Part shown: positions 48,300-62,182 of the stretch, in pieces
Numbering within the stretch: the stretch's first letter is position 1
Layout of the letters: each line of letters starts with the position of its first letter
NCBI GenBank assembly: GCA_038087875.1
Contig: CM075993.1
Span: 7,566,001 to 7,630,000, forward strand
Direction of reading: 5' to 3'
From: Malacoraja senta
Taxonomy: Eukaryota
DNA: 64,000 bases
Position numbers and translations under genes: made by a program
Notes under the pieces: generated by a model
The model's database searches: none
Told to the model about the DNA's origin: nothing
The model's input: only the letters and a program-made list of their open reading frames with translations

Positions 48300-48650
48300 T
48301 AGTCAATATGTGCAGGAGTGGGCTATTTGGCCCTTCGAGCCAGCACCGCCATTCAATGTGATCATCCCCAATCAGTACCCCGTTCCTGCCTTCTCCACAT
48401 ATCCCCTGACTCCGCTATTTTTATGAGCCCTATCTTGAAAGCATCCAGAGAACCTGCATCCACCGCCCTCTGAGGCAGAGAATTCCACAGACTCACCACT
48501 CTCTGTGAGAAAAAGTGTTTCCTCGTCTCTGTTCTAAATGGTTTACTCCTTATTCTTAAACTGTGGCCCCTGGTTCTGGACTCCCCCAACATCGGGAACA
48601 TGTTTCCTGCCTCTAGCGTGTCCAAGCCCTTAACAATCTTATATGTTTCA
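48300..48650 (-). mobile_element. CR1 LINE 3' fragment
   Basis: ETYKIVKGLDTLEAGNMFPMLGESRTRGHSL followed by the tail. Confidence 0.85.
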
Positions 48651-49206
48651 AAACATATGTGTCCTCTCTCTAAGGGCAGAGCTGACCACTTGGTCGCATC
48701 AGGCATCAGGTCAACTACAAATGGGGCAACGCAGTGGCACAGTGGTAGAGTTGCTGCCTTACAGCACCAGAGACCCGGGTTCAATCCTGACTACAGGTGC
48801 TTGTCTGTAAGGCGGTTGTACATACGTTCTCCCTGTGACCACGTGGGTTTTCTCCAGGTACTCCGGTTTCCTCCCGCATTCCAAAGACGTGCAAGTTTAT
48901 AGGTTAATTGGCCTCCATAAATCCTCCCTAGTGTGTAGGATAGAGCTAGTGTATGTGTGATCGCTGGTCGGTGCGGATTTGATGGGCCAAAGGGCCTAAT
49001 TTCACGCTGTATATTTAAAGTAAAGTAAATTAAATTAAATTACAGCCGTGCTCGTAATAAACACATCTGAAAAATGCTAACTTAACATAGATTCCCCAAC
49101 CCCAACAAGGTCTTCATTCCCCCAACCCCGACAAAAAGACTGTGTGCTTTCACTCTATCTATGCCCATCACAATGCCCCTCCTAACAAAGGTGGCAACTA
49201 TTGTAC

Positions 49207-49287
49207 CTGGAGTTTCTTTAACTTGACTTGAATATGCGCAGGAGTCCAAGCTCCCTTGGTATCCACAACTGCTGCGGCCGTTTCCAC
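49207..49287 (-). CDS. CFAP97 domain-containing protein (CFAP97D2-like), exon 2
   Basis: tgttccccag acceptor, gtacaa donor, 81 nt. Reads VETAAAVVDTKGAWTPAHIQVKLKKLQ. Confidence 0.9.
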
Positions 49288-51711
49288 CTGGGGAACAGTT
49301 ATAATATGGTGTTAGACACACTCACAGGATTAGGGCAGAGGGAGGGGGTTCCTATGGGTGGATTTGCTTGAGTGGAAAATTACAGCTGCCTTATCAGGAA
49401 CATTGACTCTTCAAAAGGACACAAACTGCTGGAGTAACTTAGTGGGTCAGGCAGCATCTTTGGAGAACACAGACAGGCGTAGGAGCAGAATTTGGCCATT
49501 CAGCCAATCATGTCTACTCCGTCATTCAATCATGGCTGAGCTATTTTTCCCTCTCAACCCCATTCTCCTGCCTTCTCCTCGTTACCTTTGGCATTGTTAC
49601 CAATCAAGAACTTATCAATCCCCGTTTTGAAAATACCCAATGATTTAGCCTCCACACCCATCTGTGATGGGCAGTGAATTCCACAGGTTCACCACCCTCT
49701 GGCTAAAGAAGTTCCTCCACATCTCGATTTGGAAGGTATGTCCTTTTATTCTGAGGATGTGCTCTCTGGTTCTAGATTCTCCCGACTCTTCAATGTAATG
49801 CAAAATCAGTACATTTTATTCAGGGGCTTTATAGGGCGGGCTTGGCATGAGTATGTGGTTATACGAACATCACTGCACCTTAATTGGTACACGTGACAAT
49901 AAAAGATCTTTGAAACCTTTTAGATGTGGATCTTTCTGCTGAGGCAACAAGTGATGGAAAAAGCCTGTGGATTTTCCCAATGTATTAGTGAATGTTCAAA
50001 CTGTCATGCATGATGTGACTGCCTGGAGATCCCAGCATCCATTTTTGAGTAAAACTCCAATAATACGGCACATCGTGGTTTGGAAGAGTTTGGGACAATA
50101 TGTTTGGCATCTGCTCGCTCATTAGTCCAGCAGGTGAGCAGGGGATCCAGAGTGAAAGCAGAGGACAGTGTGAACTGTGGGATGGGATGTGCAGCCAGAG
50201 TCAGGGACCAGAACACCAGGGGTCAGGAACGTCATAGAGCCCTGCAGCACGGAAACAGGCCCTTCGGCCCAGGTGTGTGGGGCAAGTTTTTTTGACATGG
50301 AGAATAGTTAGGGCCTGAAGATCTCGGAGAAAACCCTCGCAGGTCACAGGGAGAATGTACAAACTCCGTACAGACAGCACCCGTAGTCGGGATCGAACCC
50401 GGGTCTCTAGTGCTGCAAGTTAGTCGGTCTATCACAGCACCACCGTGCCGCCCTGAATTATTTTACTTCATTCAATATTCAACCTAACACTATCCATAAT
50501 TAAACTCCTGGAATATACACTGTATCCATTTGTTTTGAATAATATAAAACATTCCATTATTATCTTGAATTTTGTTATTTTATTATATTATTTACATTTT
50601 ATTATTATAACCATCTTGAAAAGTTCTTTCAATTATGTGGGAAGGTTGGTGGTTGTTATTACTTGAAAACAACCAAATGATGTACCAAGTGAGAGTGTTA
50701 AGAAAGGGGGTTAAGAGTCCCCTCGAACCCGTGTCTCCGGCGCTGTAAGGCAGCAACTCTACTGCTGCGCCACTGTACTGCCCCTAAAGTGTGCTTAAGT
50801 AATTATAGAGATATGGAGAAGCTGTTCCCAGCGGCAGAAGTATTAGTAACACATGACTTAGGTATAAAGTGATGGACAAATGAGGGAGAGATGACATGAA
50901 TGTTCATGTTTAACTTTTATGTAGTTGTGTGTCTTGTTGCTTTTTTTAGTATGGCTGTATGATAAATCGAATATCACTGTCGCCAGTGTCGGAGCTCCGA
51001 GCAGCGAGGCCTGTGGACTTCGGGAGCCGCGGTCTCCGGGGAGGAAGCGGCCGTTCCGGACACTCCAAGCCGCTGAAGAGTGTTCTCCCGACGCCGGAGC
51101 TCCATCATCCGGCGAGTGGGCCTGTAACATCGGGCCGCCGTTGCGGCGACTGCAGAGGCCTCAAATAGGCCCCGATTACGGGGTGAACAAGAGGAAGAGG
51201 ACTGGACTTTGTTGCCTTCCCTCACAGTGGGAACCATTGTGGGGGGACATTTTAATGTTTTATGTTAAATTCTTCTTTAATGTTGTGTCTTATTTTTATT
51301 GGTGTGCTGCAAATGGCAACTCAAATTTCACTGCACCAATTGGTGTGTGTGACAATTAAATGTCCTTTGTCCTTTGTCCTTAATTAGTACACGTGACAAT
51401 AAAAAACCTTTGAATGAACCATTACCATTACACTGCAAGGAGTTTTACTGTAAAATTCCAATAATCCAGGACTTTGGTGCAGATTGTATACACTGCTGAA
51501 TGTTACTCTTATTAAAACTCAAACACCTTTTATGTGTAACACAGTACAGTAGCACTTCAGGTTACAGAAGACCTGACTTACGGAAATTCAACCTTACACA
51601 AGTTCTCCCATAAAATGTTGCCGAACTTTTCAAGATAGTTAGAATAATAAAATGTGAATAGTATAATAACATACTAAAATTCAAGATAATAATAAAATGT
51701 TTTATGGTGTT

Positions 51712-52630
51712 CATAGAAACATAGAAAATAGGTGCAGGAGTAGGCCATTCGGCCCTTCGAGCCTGCACCGCCATTTGATATGATCATGGCTGATCATCCA
51801 ACTCAGTATCCCATCCCTGCCTTCTCTCCATATCCCCTGATCCCTTTAGCCACAAGGGCCACATCTAACTCCCTCTCAAATATAGCCAATGAACTGGCAT
51901 CAACTACCTTCTGTGGCAGAGAATTCCACAGATTCACCACTCTCTGTGTAAAAAATGATTTCCTCATCTCGGTCCTTAAAGTCTTCCCTCTTATCCTTAA
52001 ACTGTGACCCCCTGGTTTTGGACTTCCCCAACATCGGGAATAATCTTCCTGCATCTAGCCTGTCCAACCCCTTAAGAATTTTGTAAGTTTCTATAAGATC
52101 CCCCCTCAGTCTTCTGAACTCCAACGTGTACAAGCTGAGTCTATCCAGTCTTTCCTCATATGAAAGTCCTGCCATCCCAGGAATCAGTCTGGTGAACCTT
52201 CTCTGTACTCCCTCTATGGCAAAAATGTCTTTCCTCAGATTAAGAGACCAAAACTGTACGCAATACTCCAGGTGTGGTCTCACCAAGACCCTGTACAACT
52301 GCAGTAGAACCTCCCTGCTCTTATACTCATATCCTTTTGCTATGAATGCTAACATACCATTTGCTTTCTTCACTGCCTGCTGCACCTGCATTCCTACTTT
52401 CAATGACTGGTGTACCATGACACCCAGGTCTCGTTGCATCTCCCCTTTTCCTAATCGGCCACCATTCAGATAATAGTCTACTTTCCTGTTTTTGCCACCA
52501 AAGTGGATAACCTCACATTTATCCACATTATACTGCATCTGCCATGCCTTTGCCCACTCACCCAACCTATCCAAGTCACCTTGCAGCCTCCTAGCATCCT
52601 CCTCACAGCTAACACTGCCCCCCAGCTTCA
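51712..52630 (-). mobile_element. CR1 LINE 3' fragment, closely similar to the 14.2-15.5 kb copy
   Basis: ORFs 51900-52631 and 51803-52054 are CR1 ORF2 C-terminus separated by one frameshift. Confidence 0.92.
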
Positions 52631-53716
52631 TAACAAATGGTAACTGTGTATATTCCAGGAGTTTAATTATGGATAGTGTTAGGGTGAATATTCAATGAAG
52701 TGAACAAATTAAGAAAGAGGGTGATACGATATGGGTAGTCATGGAAAATGGACATTTTTTTATTCACTGAGAAATTAGCTTAATCCGGGAACTGCCTGCA
52801 GTGTAATAAATTTCCTAGCAAACCAAGTGAGTTTAAATAAAACTTGAAATTTAAGATCAGTCCAAACACCCAGCTCTGGTCGCAAGCCCTGTTTGCTCTC
52901 AGGTTCACATTATGAACTGAAGATAGGCACAAAAAGCTGGAGCAACTCAGCGGGTCAGGCAGCATCTGTGGAGAAAGGGAATAGGTTACGTTTTGGGTCG
53001 AGATCCTTCTTCAGACTGAGAATCGGTGGAAAGGGAAACGAGAGATATCGAAGGTGATATTGAGAGATACAGAACAAATGAATGAAAGATATGCAAAAAT
53101 GTAACGATGATTAAGGAAAAGTCGAGCCCACATTGGTCCATTGTCGGCTGTGGGCTAGGTGATACCAAGCCGTCTGACCTGCTGAGTTACTCCAGCTTTT
53201 GGTGTCTATCTTTGGTTTAAACCAGCATCTGCAGTTCCTTCCTTCACATAATGAACTAATGTGGTATGCCAGATTATGAGAGTTGCACTGTAATCTGAAA
53301 CGTGCTGATTGAAAGAATTACATAAACTGTTTCCATGTCAAAGCTCCAAAGCGAATCCTTGAAAGGAAAAATAATGAGCTATGGGGTGGCGTATGGGATT
53401 AAATGGATTGAACAACGGGCCAGATGGTATCTTTCTGCGCTGTGAAATTTTGTGACTCAAATGATGTGAGATCTCATTTTGAGGGGCATTTAATAGCAAT
53501 TTAAGTACAAGGGACTTGTGTGGGGATATGGGGAATCACAAATGTGATAGAGAGGGAGCAATTGATGAAGATAACACAAGAGACCAGTTGAATAGACTCA
53601 TTAATACATTTATCAATATTCACAGCACTTTAAAGTACCCAGTAATAAAACTTTGAAGGCAAAACATATTTTAAATCTGCCAGTTATACTTTATGCTGCC
53701 TTTGACATCACCTGAC

Positions 53717-53809
53717 CTTTGTCCTATGCTTTTGATATTTGTCCTGGTCCCATTTCTGCTGCAGATACCTATTGCTGGCTGGCGCGGTGGGTTGATAATG
53801 CCGGTGCAT
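53717..53809 (-). CDS. CFAP97 domain-containing protein (CFAP97D2-like), exon 1 coding part
   Basis: aaaATG start. Reads MHRHYQPTAPASNRYLQQKWDQDKYQKHRTK, then a gtcagg donor. Matches the MHR.YQP..P..N.YLQ.KWD N-terminus of CFAP97D2-type proteins. Confidence 0.92.
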
Positions 53810-54879
53810 TTTACTGTCCAGAAATGCGAACACGATCCTGGAGTGCTGGGTTTCCGAATGCTCCAGATGAGATGTGCTCGCCAGTGAGGCAGAGCATTAC
53901 AGCACATCAAACCAGTCCTGTGGGGTCCTAGTGCCTCGCTGTGCCGACTCTAACGGCGACTATTTGTGTGCCAGCCAAGTGTTGCAATCGCTCCACATGT
54001 TTCAATCTCTTATACCTACAGCAACATTTCTTTCTTCAACTAAGATCTTCTTAAACTCCTCTCAGATCTGTCCATTCTCTGACTCCTGGCACCCAAAGCG
54101 GGGACCCTAGGACCATCTTTGATCAGACTTTACTGGTTTTACCTTGCACTAAATGTTATTCCCTTATCATGTATCTGTACACTGTGAATAGCTCGATTGG
54201 AATCATGTATTGTCTTTCCGCTGTCTGGTTAGCACGCAACACAAGCTTTTCACTGTAACTCGGTAAACTAAAAACTAAACTGAAACTGAGTGCTTAATAA
54301 ATTCAGGCACTGGCATTATTGCCTGGACAGAGGAATCTTGGCAAGTGGCACAGAGGGCAGAGGAGCAAACCAATGTGTTCCCTTTAGATCCACTGGGACA
54401 ATGCAATGCCTGTAGATTTCCAGAGCTTATGGACAGAAGTATCTGCTCTTCCCTCATGATTTTATGTATCTCTATAATATCACCCCTCAGCCTCCCGTGC
54501 TCCTAGGAATAAAGTCCTAGTTTGTCCAACCTCCCCCTATAACACATGCCCTCAATATCCTCGTAAATATTTTATGCACTTTGATTTTCTTGAGATTCTT
54601 AAACTGTAAGGTATCTAGCAGAGTAATTCATTGTAATTCAATAGATTGGATCAGCAGAAATAATTTATTTGCCAGGATACCCAAAATAATTAGAGCTAAC
54701 TCCTGTGGGGGGCAATGTTTCCACAGTGTGGTGCAAATCTGGAACCTGCTCCTCAAGAAAGCTGTGGATGGCAGACGTTGGTCAAGATTTAGATCAGTAG
54801 CTATTTGTTATGTAAGGAAGACTTTTGGGATGCACCACGTGGCGGCAGAAGACCACCGGGATGCGGCACGGAGCCAAAC

Positions 54880-55125
54880 GACCAGCGGGCCACCCAGAGC
54901 AACCTGGCGGGTGGGCAACCGAGAGCAAAGAGGGACCCGGCGGTGGGCCGCCAAGCAGAAAGAGGGACCTGGCTGGGCGCCACCAAGAACAAGGAGGGAC
55001 CCGGCAGTGGGCACGGGGGGGTTAGCCGTGAATGAAGAAGGACACGGTGGGTGCCGCCAAGCACAAAGAAAGACCCGGCGGGGGGTGGAGGAGAGACACC
55101 GAGAACAAAGAGGGACCCAGCGGAC
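54880..55125. repeat. Degenerate GC-rich tandem repeat
   Basis: Recurring aaagagggacccggc motif about every 30-60 bp. Confidence 0.7.
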
Positions 55126-58100
55126 CCACGTGACCGCGGCCACATGCGGCGGCACGCCTGGTTCGCCGCTGCGAGAAGACTGTATGAAGAAGTTGTGAAT
55201 CTTTATCTGCGCCAGAAACGAGGCGACTCTTTGTGTGCGGCCTAACTGAAGCCCGCTGTATGATTTTGAACCGTGCATTTGACCTTTTTACAACTCAACA
55301 ATTGTGTCACGTTTTACAAGTCTTGGTAACTGAACTATAAAGAAAATTCACCTCAGGCATAGGAAAAAGGGGTGCAAAAAAACACTGCCATCGCATTCAC
55401 TCTGAGATGGCCAATGATTAGTTATTAACTGAAATGCGTAACCACCGTGGAGAAGTCAGTTGTCCATTTTTCTCTCATTGAGATGAATTAATGACCAGTG
55501 GGAAAATGGAGAGCAAGGAGTTCATTGGTCATAGATTAACAAGACGGCACAGAACATATGGAGGGAGTAGTTCTGATGCACCACGTACAAAACTAGTTCT
55601 GGTGAACAACACCGACCTGAAATGTTAAATGTTTCTTGCTCCACAGAAGCTGCCTGACCTGTTGAGTGTTTCCTCCAGCCACAGTACTTTGCTTGCAATA
55701 TGTTTGCTATTGTACGAGTGGCTCTTCAAAGGGGAAGAACTTTGGATGAAATCTTCTACGCATCAGCACTTCCGACAATAGTTTTAAATGTCACACTACA
55801 CTTCCCATAATCAGACCTCACAGACCTCTTGTAAATACTGTCAACGCCACCTCCTCTCCAATGGTATTTGGACCAGCATCCCTACAGTATCCAAGCCAAT
55901 AGTTTAGTCTAGTTTAGAGATAGCGTGGAAACAGGCCCTTCGGCCTACTGAGTCCACGTCGACCCGCAACCCCTCCACACTAACGCTATCCTGCACACAC
56001 TAGGGACAATTTACAATTACACCAAGCCAGTTAACCTACAAACCTGTACATCTTTGGAGTGTGGGAGGAAATCGGATATCCCGGAGAAAACCCACGCAGG
56101 TCAGGGGGAAAATGTACAAACTTCATACAGACTAGCACCCGTAGTCAGGATCGAACCCAGGTCTGCTGCACTGTTAGACAGCTGTGCCACCGTAATGACT
56201 ATTTCAACTCTTTGTGTCAGCTGTAGACATCAAGGAGTTCATTCCAAGAGATCTTCAGAGATCCCCGAATATGGCAGCACAGATGAATAAGGTGGTGAAG
56301 AAAGCCTGTGGGATGTTTGCCTTTGCTGACTGTGGAATAAAACATAAGAACTGGAACATCATGTTCAGTTTAATAAAACATTGGTTAGGCTGCACCTGGA
56401 GTACTATGTGCAGTAGTGGTTGCCACAACATTTCTATAGAAATGCCACGTCCTTTCATGGAGAGGGTGCATAGGAGATTCACCAGGATGCTGCCTGAATG
56501 CACCATTATAGTTATGAGGAATTACGCTTGGTTTGTATTCCCTGGAGCAGAGGAAGGTGAAAGATAACGCGACACAAGGAATGCAAAATTTAGTTTAGTT
56601 TAGAGATACAGCATGGAAACAGGCCCTTCGACCCACCGGGTCCATGCTGACCATCGATCACCCGTTCGTGCTAGTTCCATGTTTTCGCACTTTCTCATCC
56701 ATTCCCTACACACTGGGGGCAATTTACTCAAGCCAATTAGCCAACAAACCCGCATATCTTTGGGATGTGGGAGGAATCCGGAGCACCTGGAGGAAACCCA
56801 AGCGGTCACAGGGAGAATGTGCAAACTCCACACATACAGCACCCGAGGTCGGGTTCGAACCCGGGTCTCTGGTACTGTGAGGCAGCAGCTCTACCAGCTG
56901 TGCCACCCATGACGGCATTGCAGCTGGTGACAAAGGGGAATAGATAGTAAAAATCATTTTCCCATGGTGGATGTGTCTAAGACAAGAGGCTACTGGTTTA
57001 ACATAAAACAAAAATGGTCCAGAGGGGATCTGAGAAGTATGTTTTTCACACAGTGGTCGGAGTCTGGAACATGCTGTCTGAACAGAGACTCTCACAACAT
57101 TTAATAAGCATCTGGACACGTACTTGAACTGTCAAGGCATAGAAGGCTATGGATCTAATACAGGTCAATGGGGTTAGTGTAAATAGGTCCAAAGCGTGCC
57201 ATGAACATGGTGGGCTGAACTTATGTCATTGGCAATAAGTGTGTTATTTAAACAGCTAGATTGACTGGACTCCTTTGTTCTGTATTAGAGTCCTTTGCCA
57301 GTTTGGATTTATTACCTGTTTTTCCCACCTTGTTTCTGTTCTGCATGGTTCTATAACTATGACTCCATGGCCTAAGAAAATCCCACATTGCTCCCATGTT
57401 TTTGTTTTCTGACTGATGAATATTCACCCACAATATCTTGACTTTATATGGGAACTTTAATCTTCTCCTTGTGCTTCTTGTGCGTGGTGGTGGAAAGATT
57501 GGTGAAAACAGGGCCGCGACGTGAACGCTCTTTCCTTGACCCCAGGAACTTTAATAAAGTCTGATATCCTGAAACATTTTAGAGACAGCACAGTGGCGCA
57601 GTGGTAGAGTTGCTGTCTTACAGTGCCAGAGACCCGGGTTCGATCCCGAACTGTACGGAGTTTGTAAGTTCTCACTGTGACCACCTGGGTTTTCTCCAGG
57701 TGTTCTGGTTTCCTCCCATATTGCAGACATGCAGGTTTGCAGGTTAATTGGATTCAGAAATGATCCCTCGTGTGTCTAGGATAGTACTAGTGTACGAGTG
57801 ATCAATGATCGACGTGGAATCTGTGGGCTGAAGAGCCTGTTTTCACGCTATATCTACTTAAACTTTAACCAGTGATAGAGTCATAGAGTTACCCAGACAT
57901 TTGGCCCAACTCATCCCTGTCGATCACAATAAACTAAACAATGTCAATGTTTGATAAGGCAGCAAATATATAGTCAGAAAGATAGGTTTTAAAGGAGTGT
58001 CCTAAAAGGGCTAAACTTGGAGGTCATAGAATCATAGTCATACAGCGTGGAAACAGGCCCTTTGGCCCAACTTGCCCACACTGACCAACATGTCCCGTGT

Positions 58101-58844
58101 ACACTAGTCTCGTACTAGTCGCGGACGTGCACAATTTTAGATTAATTGGCTTCTGGAAATTGTCCGTAGGGTGTAGGATAGTATGGAGTGCTAGTGTGCG
58201 GGGATTGCTGGTTAGTGTGGACTCAGTGGGCCGAAGGGCCTGTTTCCATGCTGTATCTCTAAACTAAACTAAACTAAATGGTCCAAAACCTTTGACCAAG
58301 CATTTGGTCACTTGCTTTAAAGTCAATCATTGCTTCAGTGTCAATATTCTGCTTGAAACTCCCCTGTGTGTCTGACTACACAAGTGTACAGGCACTGATG
58401 AATGCAAGTCATTGACATATTGTATAGTTGAACCTCTTACAACTTCCTTTCTCCCTGATGTTAAATGCAGTGTCTAAATTCCAAAATTCTGTCCAGCTGC
58501 AGTCCAAAAACTGCACCAAGCCAGCACTAGGACACAGAGACCTTCAGCTCTTGTTGCAAGAGATTTGATCCTGCTGAAGCATTGATTGTGTCTGTAGGTG
58601 TCTCGGTTTCTATGGCACAAGTTAATTTTCCCCTTCAATGGTTTTTAGTCTTTGAAAGTATTTCCCAGTTTTTGAACATAGCTATAGCAACCGAGGACTC
58701 CCAGGGATTAATAGTCTTCATGGCATTGGCAATAAGTATGTTATTTAAACAGTTAGATTGACTGTTCTCTTTTGTTCTTTATTAGTCATTTGCCAGTTTG
58801 CATTTAATACCTGTTTTTCCCACCTTATTGACAGCACATCTACT

Positions 58845-59161
58845 TTTAGTTTAGTTTAGAGATACAACGCGGAAACAGGCCCTTCGGCCCATCGATTCCG
58901 TGCCGACCAGCGATCCCCACATATTAACACTATCCTACACGCACTAGGGACAATTATTACATTTACCAAGCCAATTTAGCTACATACCTGTACGTCTTTG
59001 GAGTGTGGGATGAAACCGAAGATCTCGGAGAAAATCCACGCGGTCATGGGGAGAATGTACAAACTCCGTACAAACAGCACCCGTAGTCAGGATCAAACCT
59101 GGATCTCCAGCGCTGCAAGTGCTGTAAAGCAGCAACGTTACCGCTGCACCACCGTGCCGCC
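58845..59161 (-). mobile_element. HE1-like SINE
   Basis: Full-length reverse copy. Confidence 0.85.
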
Positions 59162-60049
59162 GTAACTCTGCAAGTTGTTGGTCCACTTCAAAAGTCATAG
59201 GAGCAGAATTAGACCATTCAGCCCATCGTCCTCTCTGCCATTCAATCATGGCTGATTTATCTTTCCCCATTCTCCTGCCTTCTCCCCATAACCTTTGATA
59301 CACTTACCAATCAAGAATCTGTCAACCTCCGCTTTAAAAATACCCAATGAATTCCACAGACTCACCACACTCTGCTTGTGACAAAACAAATTCCTCCTCA
59401 GCTGTTATGTGAAAAAGTGAAGTGAAAGATTTAATAGGAACCTGAGGGGTAACTTTTTCAGACAAAGAGCGGTGGGTGTCTGGAATGAGCTGCCGGAGGA
59501 GTTAGTTGAGGGGGGTACCATCACAACGTTTAAGAAACATTTAGACAGGTCCATGATAGGACAGGTTTAAAGGGATGTGGGCCAAATGCAGGCAGGTGGG
59601 ACATATGGACAGTGTAGGCAAGTTGGGCCGAAGGGCCTGTTTCCACGCTGTATAACTCTATGACTTGGATTTGTATATGGTCTTGTTTTTTCTAAGTAAC
59701 TGTTATTTTTTTTAATGAGGAGTAGCTACTGTTATGTGGCACCCACGTAATAGGTAGATAGGACAGATGAATGCATGTGTCAGGAATTGGTGCAGGGGGC
59801 AGAGATTCAGAATTGTAGACCATTGGGATGTCTTCTAGGACAGAGATGAGCTGTACATGAGGGATGGGTTGCATCTTTACTGGAGGGGGAGGGAGATTCA
59901 CTGATGCTACTCGGAATGGTTTGGACTAGTGGGGGACGGGAGTTGGTGAGAACCAGAGTCGTAGGTCAGAAATTGGAAAGAGTGATGAGGAGAAAGAGGT
60001 TAGGATCAATAAGACTCAACGGAAGGACAGGCAGTGAGAGGTGAAGGAA

Positions 60050-60552
60050 TATGGTGATGCTGATGGGCTGAAGTGTTTATATCAATGCAAGGAGTATTGT
60101 GGGGAAAGCAGATGAACTTTAGAGTCTGGATCAGTGCTCGGGACTATGGTGTTGTGGCATTTACGTGGTTGCGAGAGGGGCACGAATGGCAGCTCAATGT
60201 TCCAGGGTTTCGCTGTTTCATACATGAACGAGAGAGAGGCAAAAGAGGTGGAGGAGTTGAGCTACTAATCAGGGAGACTGTCATGGTGGCACTCAGAGAG
60301 GACATACTGGAGGGTTCATCTGCAGACGCGATGTGGGTACAGCTTAGAAATAAGAAAGGTGCATGCATTCTAATTGGATTGTACTATAGACCCCCCCAAT
60401 AGCAAACGGAAGATAGTGGGACAGATAGGTAGACAGATTACTGAAAGATGCCAAAGTAACAAGGTTATCATAGTGGGTGACATTAACTTCCTCAATATTG
60501 ACCGGGAGTTGCTCAGTGCCAAAGGCTTAGACAGAGCAGAATTTGTGAAGTG
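60050..60552 (+). mobile_element. CR1-type APE endonuclease remnant
   Basis: TWLREG...VPGFRCF...RGGGV.LLI...IGLYYRPP and VIIVGDIN motifs; degenerate. Confidence 0.75.
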
Positions 60553-60589
60553 AATCAAGAAACAGCAGGGAGATGTTGGAGATACTGTT

Positions 60590-61712
60590 TTTTGATCCCA
60601 CCGTATCCATCACAGGAGATAGAATATCGACTGACATCTATTATAAAACTGCTGTTTCCCATCAGAACTGCCCCCTCCATCGACTCCTTTAAGTCAAGAC
60701 TAAAAACGTATCTATACTCCCAAGCCTTTCTTGACATCCTCTGAGCGAGGGCTATATGTATATATGTATGTAGTTTGTTTGTTTATATTATTCTTATAAC
60801 AAATGTAAAGCACTTTGGCCAACGAGTTGTTTTTTAAATGTGCTATATAAATAAATGTGGCTTGACTTGACTTGCTGACACCCACAGCTATCTAGACTAC
60901 ACTTCTTCCCACCCTGCTTCCTGCAAAGACTCTATCCCCTACACCCAATTCCTTCGGCTACACCGCATGTGCGCCTAAGATGAGGTGTTCCATACCAGGA
61001 CATCTGAGATGTCCTCATTCGTTGGGGAACGGGGGTTTTCCTCTTCCATTATAGATGAGGCTCTCACTAGAGTCTCCTCGATATCCCGCAGCTCTCCTCT
61101 AGCTCCCCCTCCCCCCAGTCGCAACAGGGACAGAGTTCCCCTAGTCCTCACCTTTCACTCCATCAGATGTCGCATACAACACATAATCCTCTGACATTTT
61201 CGCCACCTCCAACAGGATTCCATCACTAACCACATTTTCCCATCTCCACCCCTCTCCGCTGAGACCGTTCCCTCTGCAACTCCCTGGTCAACTCGTCCCT
61301 TTCCACCCAAACCACCCCCTCCCCAGGAACTTTCCCCTGCAACTGCAGGATATGGAACACCTGTCCCTATACCTCCCCCCTCGACTCCGTCCAAGGACCC
61401 CGACAGTCTTTTCAGGTGAGGCAGAGGTTCACTTGCACCTCCTCCAACATCATCTACTGTATCTGCTGTTCCAGGTGTGGACTCCAATATATTGGCGAGA
61501 CCAAGCGCAGGCTCGGCGATCGTTTCGCTGAATGCCTCCGCTCTGCCTTAACCTACCTGATCTCCCGGTTGCAAAACACTTTAACTCCCCCTCCCAATTT
61601 GACCTTTCTGTCCTGGGCCTCCTCCATTGTCAGACTGAGGTCCAGCGCAAATTGGAGGAACAGCACCTCATATTTCACTTGGGCAGCTTACACCCCAGCA
61701 GTATGAACATTG
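60590..61712 (+). mobile_element. Penelope-like element remnant (RT C-terminal region and GIY-YIG endonuclease), interrupted by another repeat at about 60650-60875
   Basis: Translates to RVPLVLTFH and FTCTSSNIIYCICCSRCGLQYIGETKRRLGDRFAE (GIY-YIG-type), then VAKHFNS...RKLEEQHLIFHLGSL.P; contains frameshifts. Confidence 0.85.
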
Positions 61713-61982
61713 ACCACAGTTTAAGAATTAGGGGTAAGCCATTTAGTACGGAGATGAGGAAACACTTTTTCACACAGAGAATTTTGAGTCTGTGGAATTC
61801 TCTGCCTCAGAGGGCGGTGGAGGCCGGTTCTCTGGAAACTTTCAAGAGAGAGCTAGGGCTCTTAAAGATAGCGGAGTCAGGGGATATGGGGAGAAAGCAG
61901 GAACTGCTTGGGGATGATCAGCCATGATCACATTGAATGGGCCGGTGCTGGCTTGAAGGGCCGTATGGCTTACTCCTGCACC

Positions 61983-62182
61983 NNNNNNNNNNNNNNNNNN
62001 NNNNNNNNNNNNNNNNNNNNNNNNNNNNNNNNNNNNNNNNNNNNNNNNNNNNNNNNNNNNNNNNNNNNNNNNNNNNNNNNNNNNNNNNNNNNNNNNNNNN
62101 NNNNNNNNNNNNNNNNNNNNNNNNNNNNNNNNNNNNNNNNNNNNNNNNNNNNNNNNNNNNNNNNNNNNNNNNNNNNNNNNNN
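61983..62182. other. Assembly gap (200 N)
   Basis: Run of n bases. Confidence 1.

Noticed and set aside
54581..55278. 205-aa and 156-aa ORFs
   Set aside because: They run through a CR1 remnant and a GC-rich tandem repeat, with no recognisable domain.
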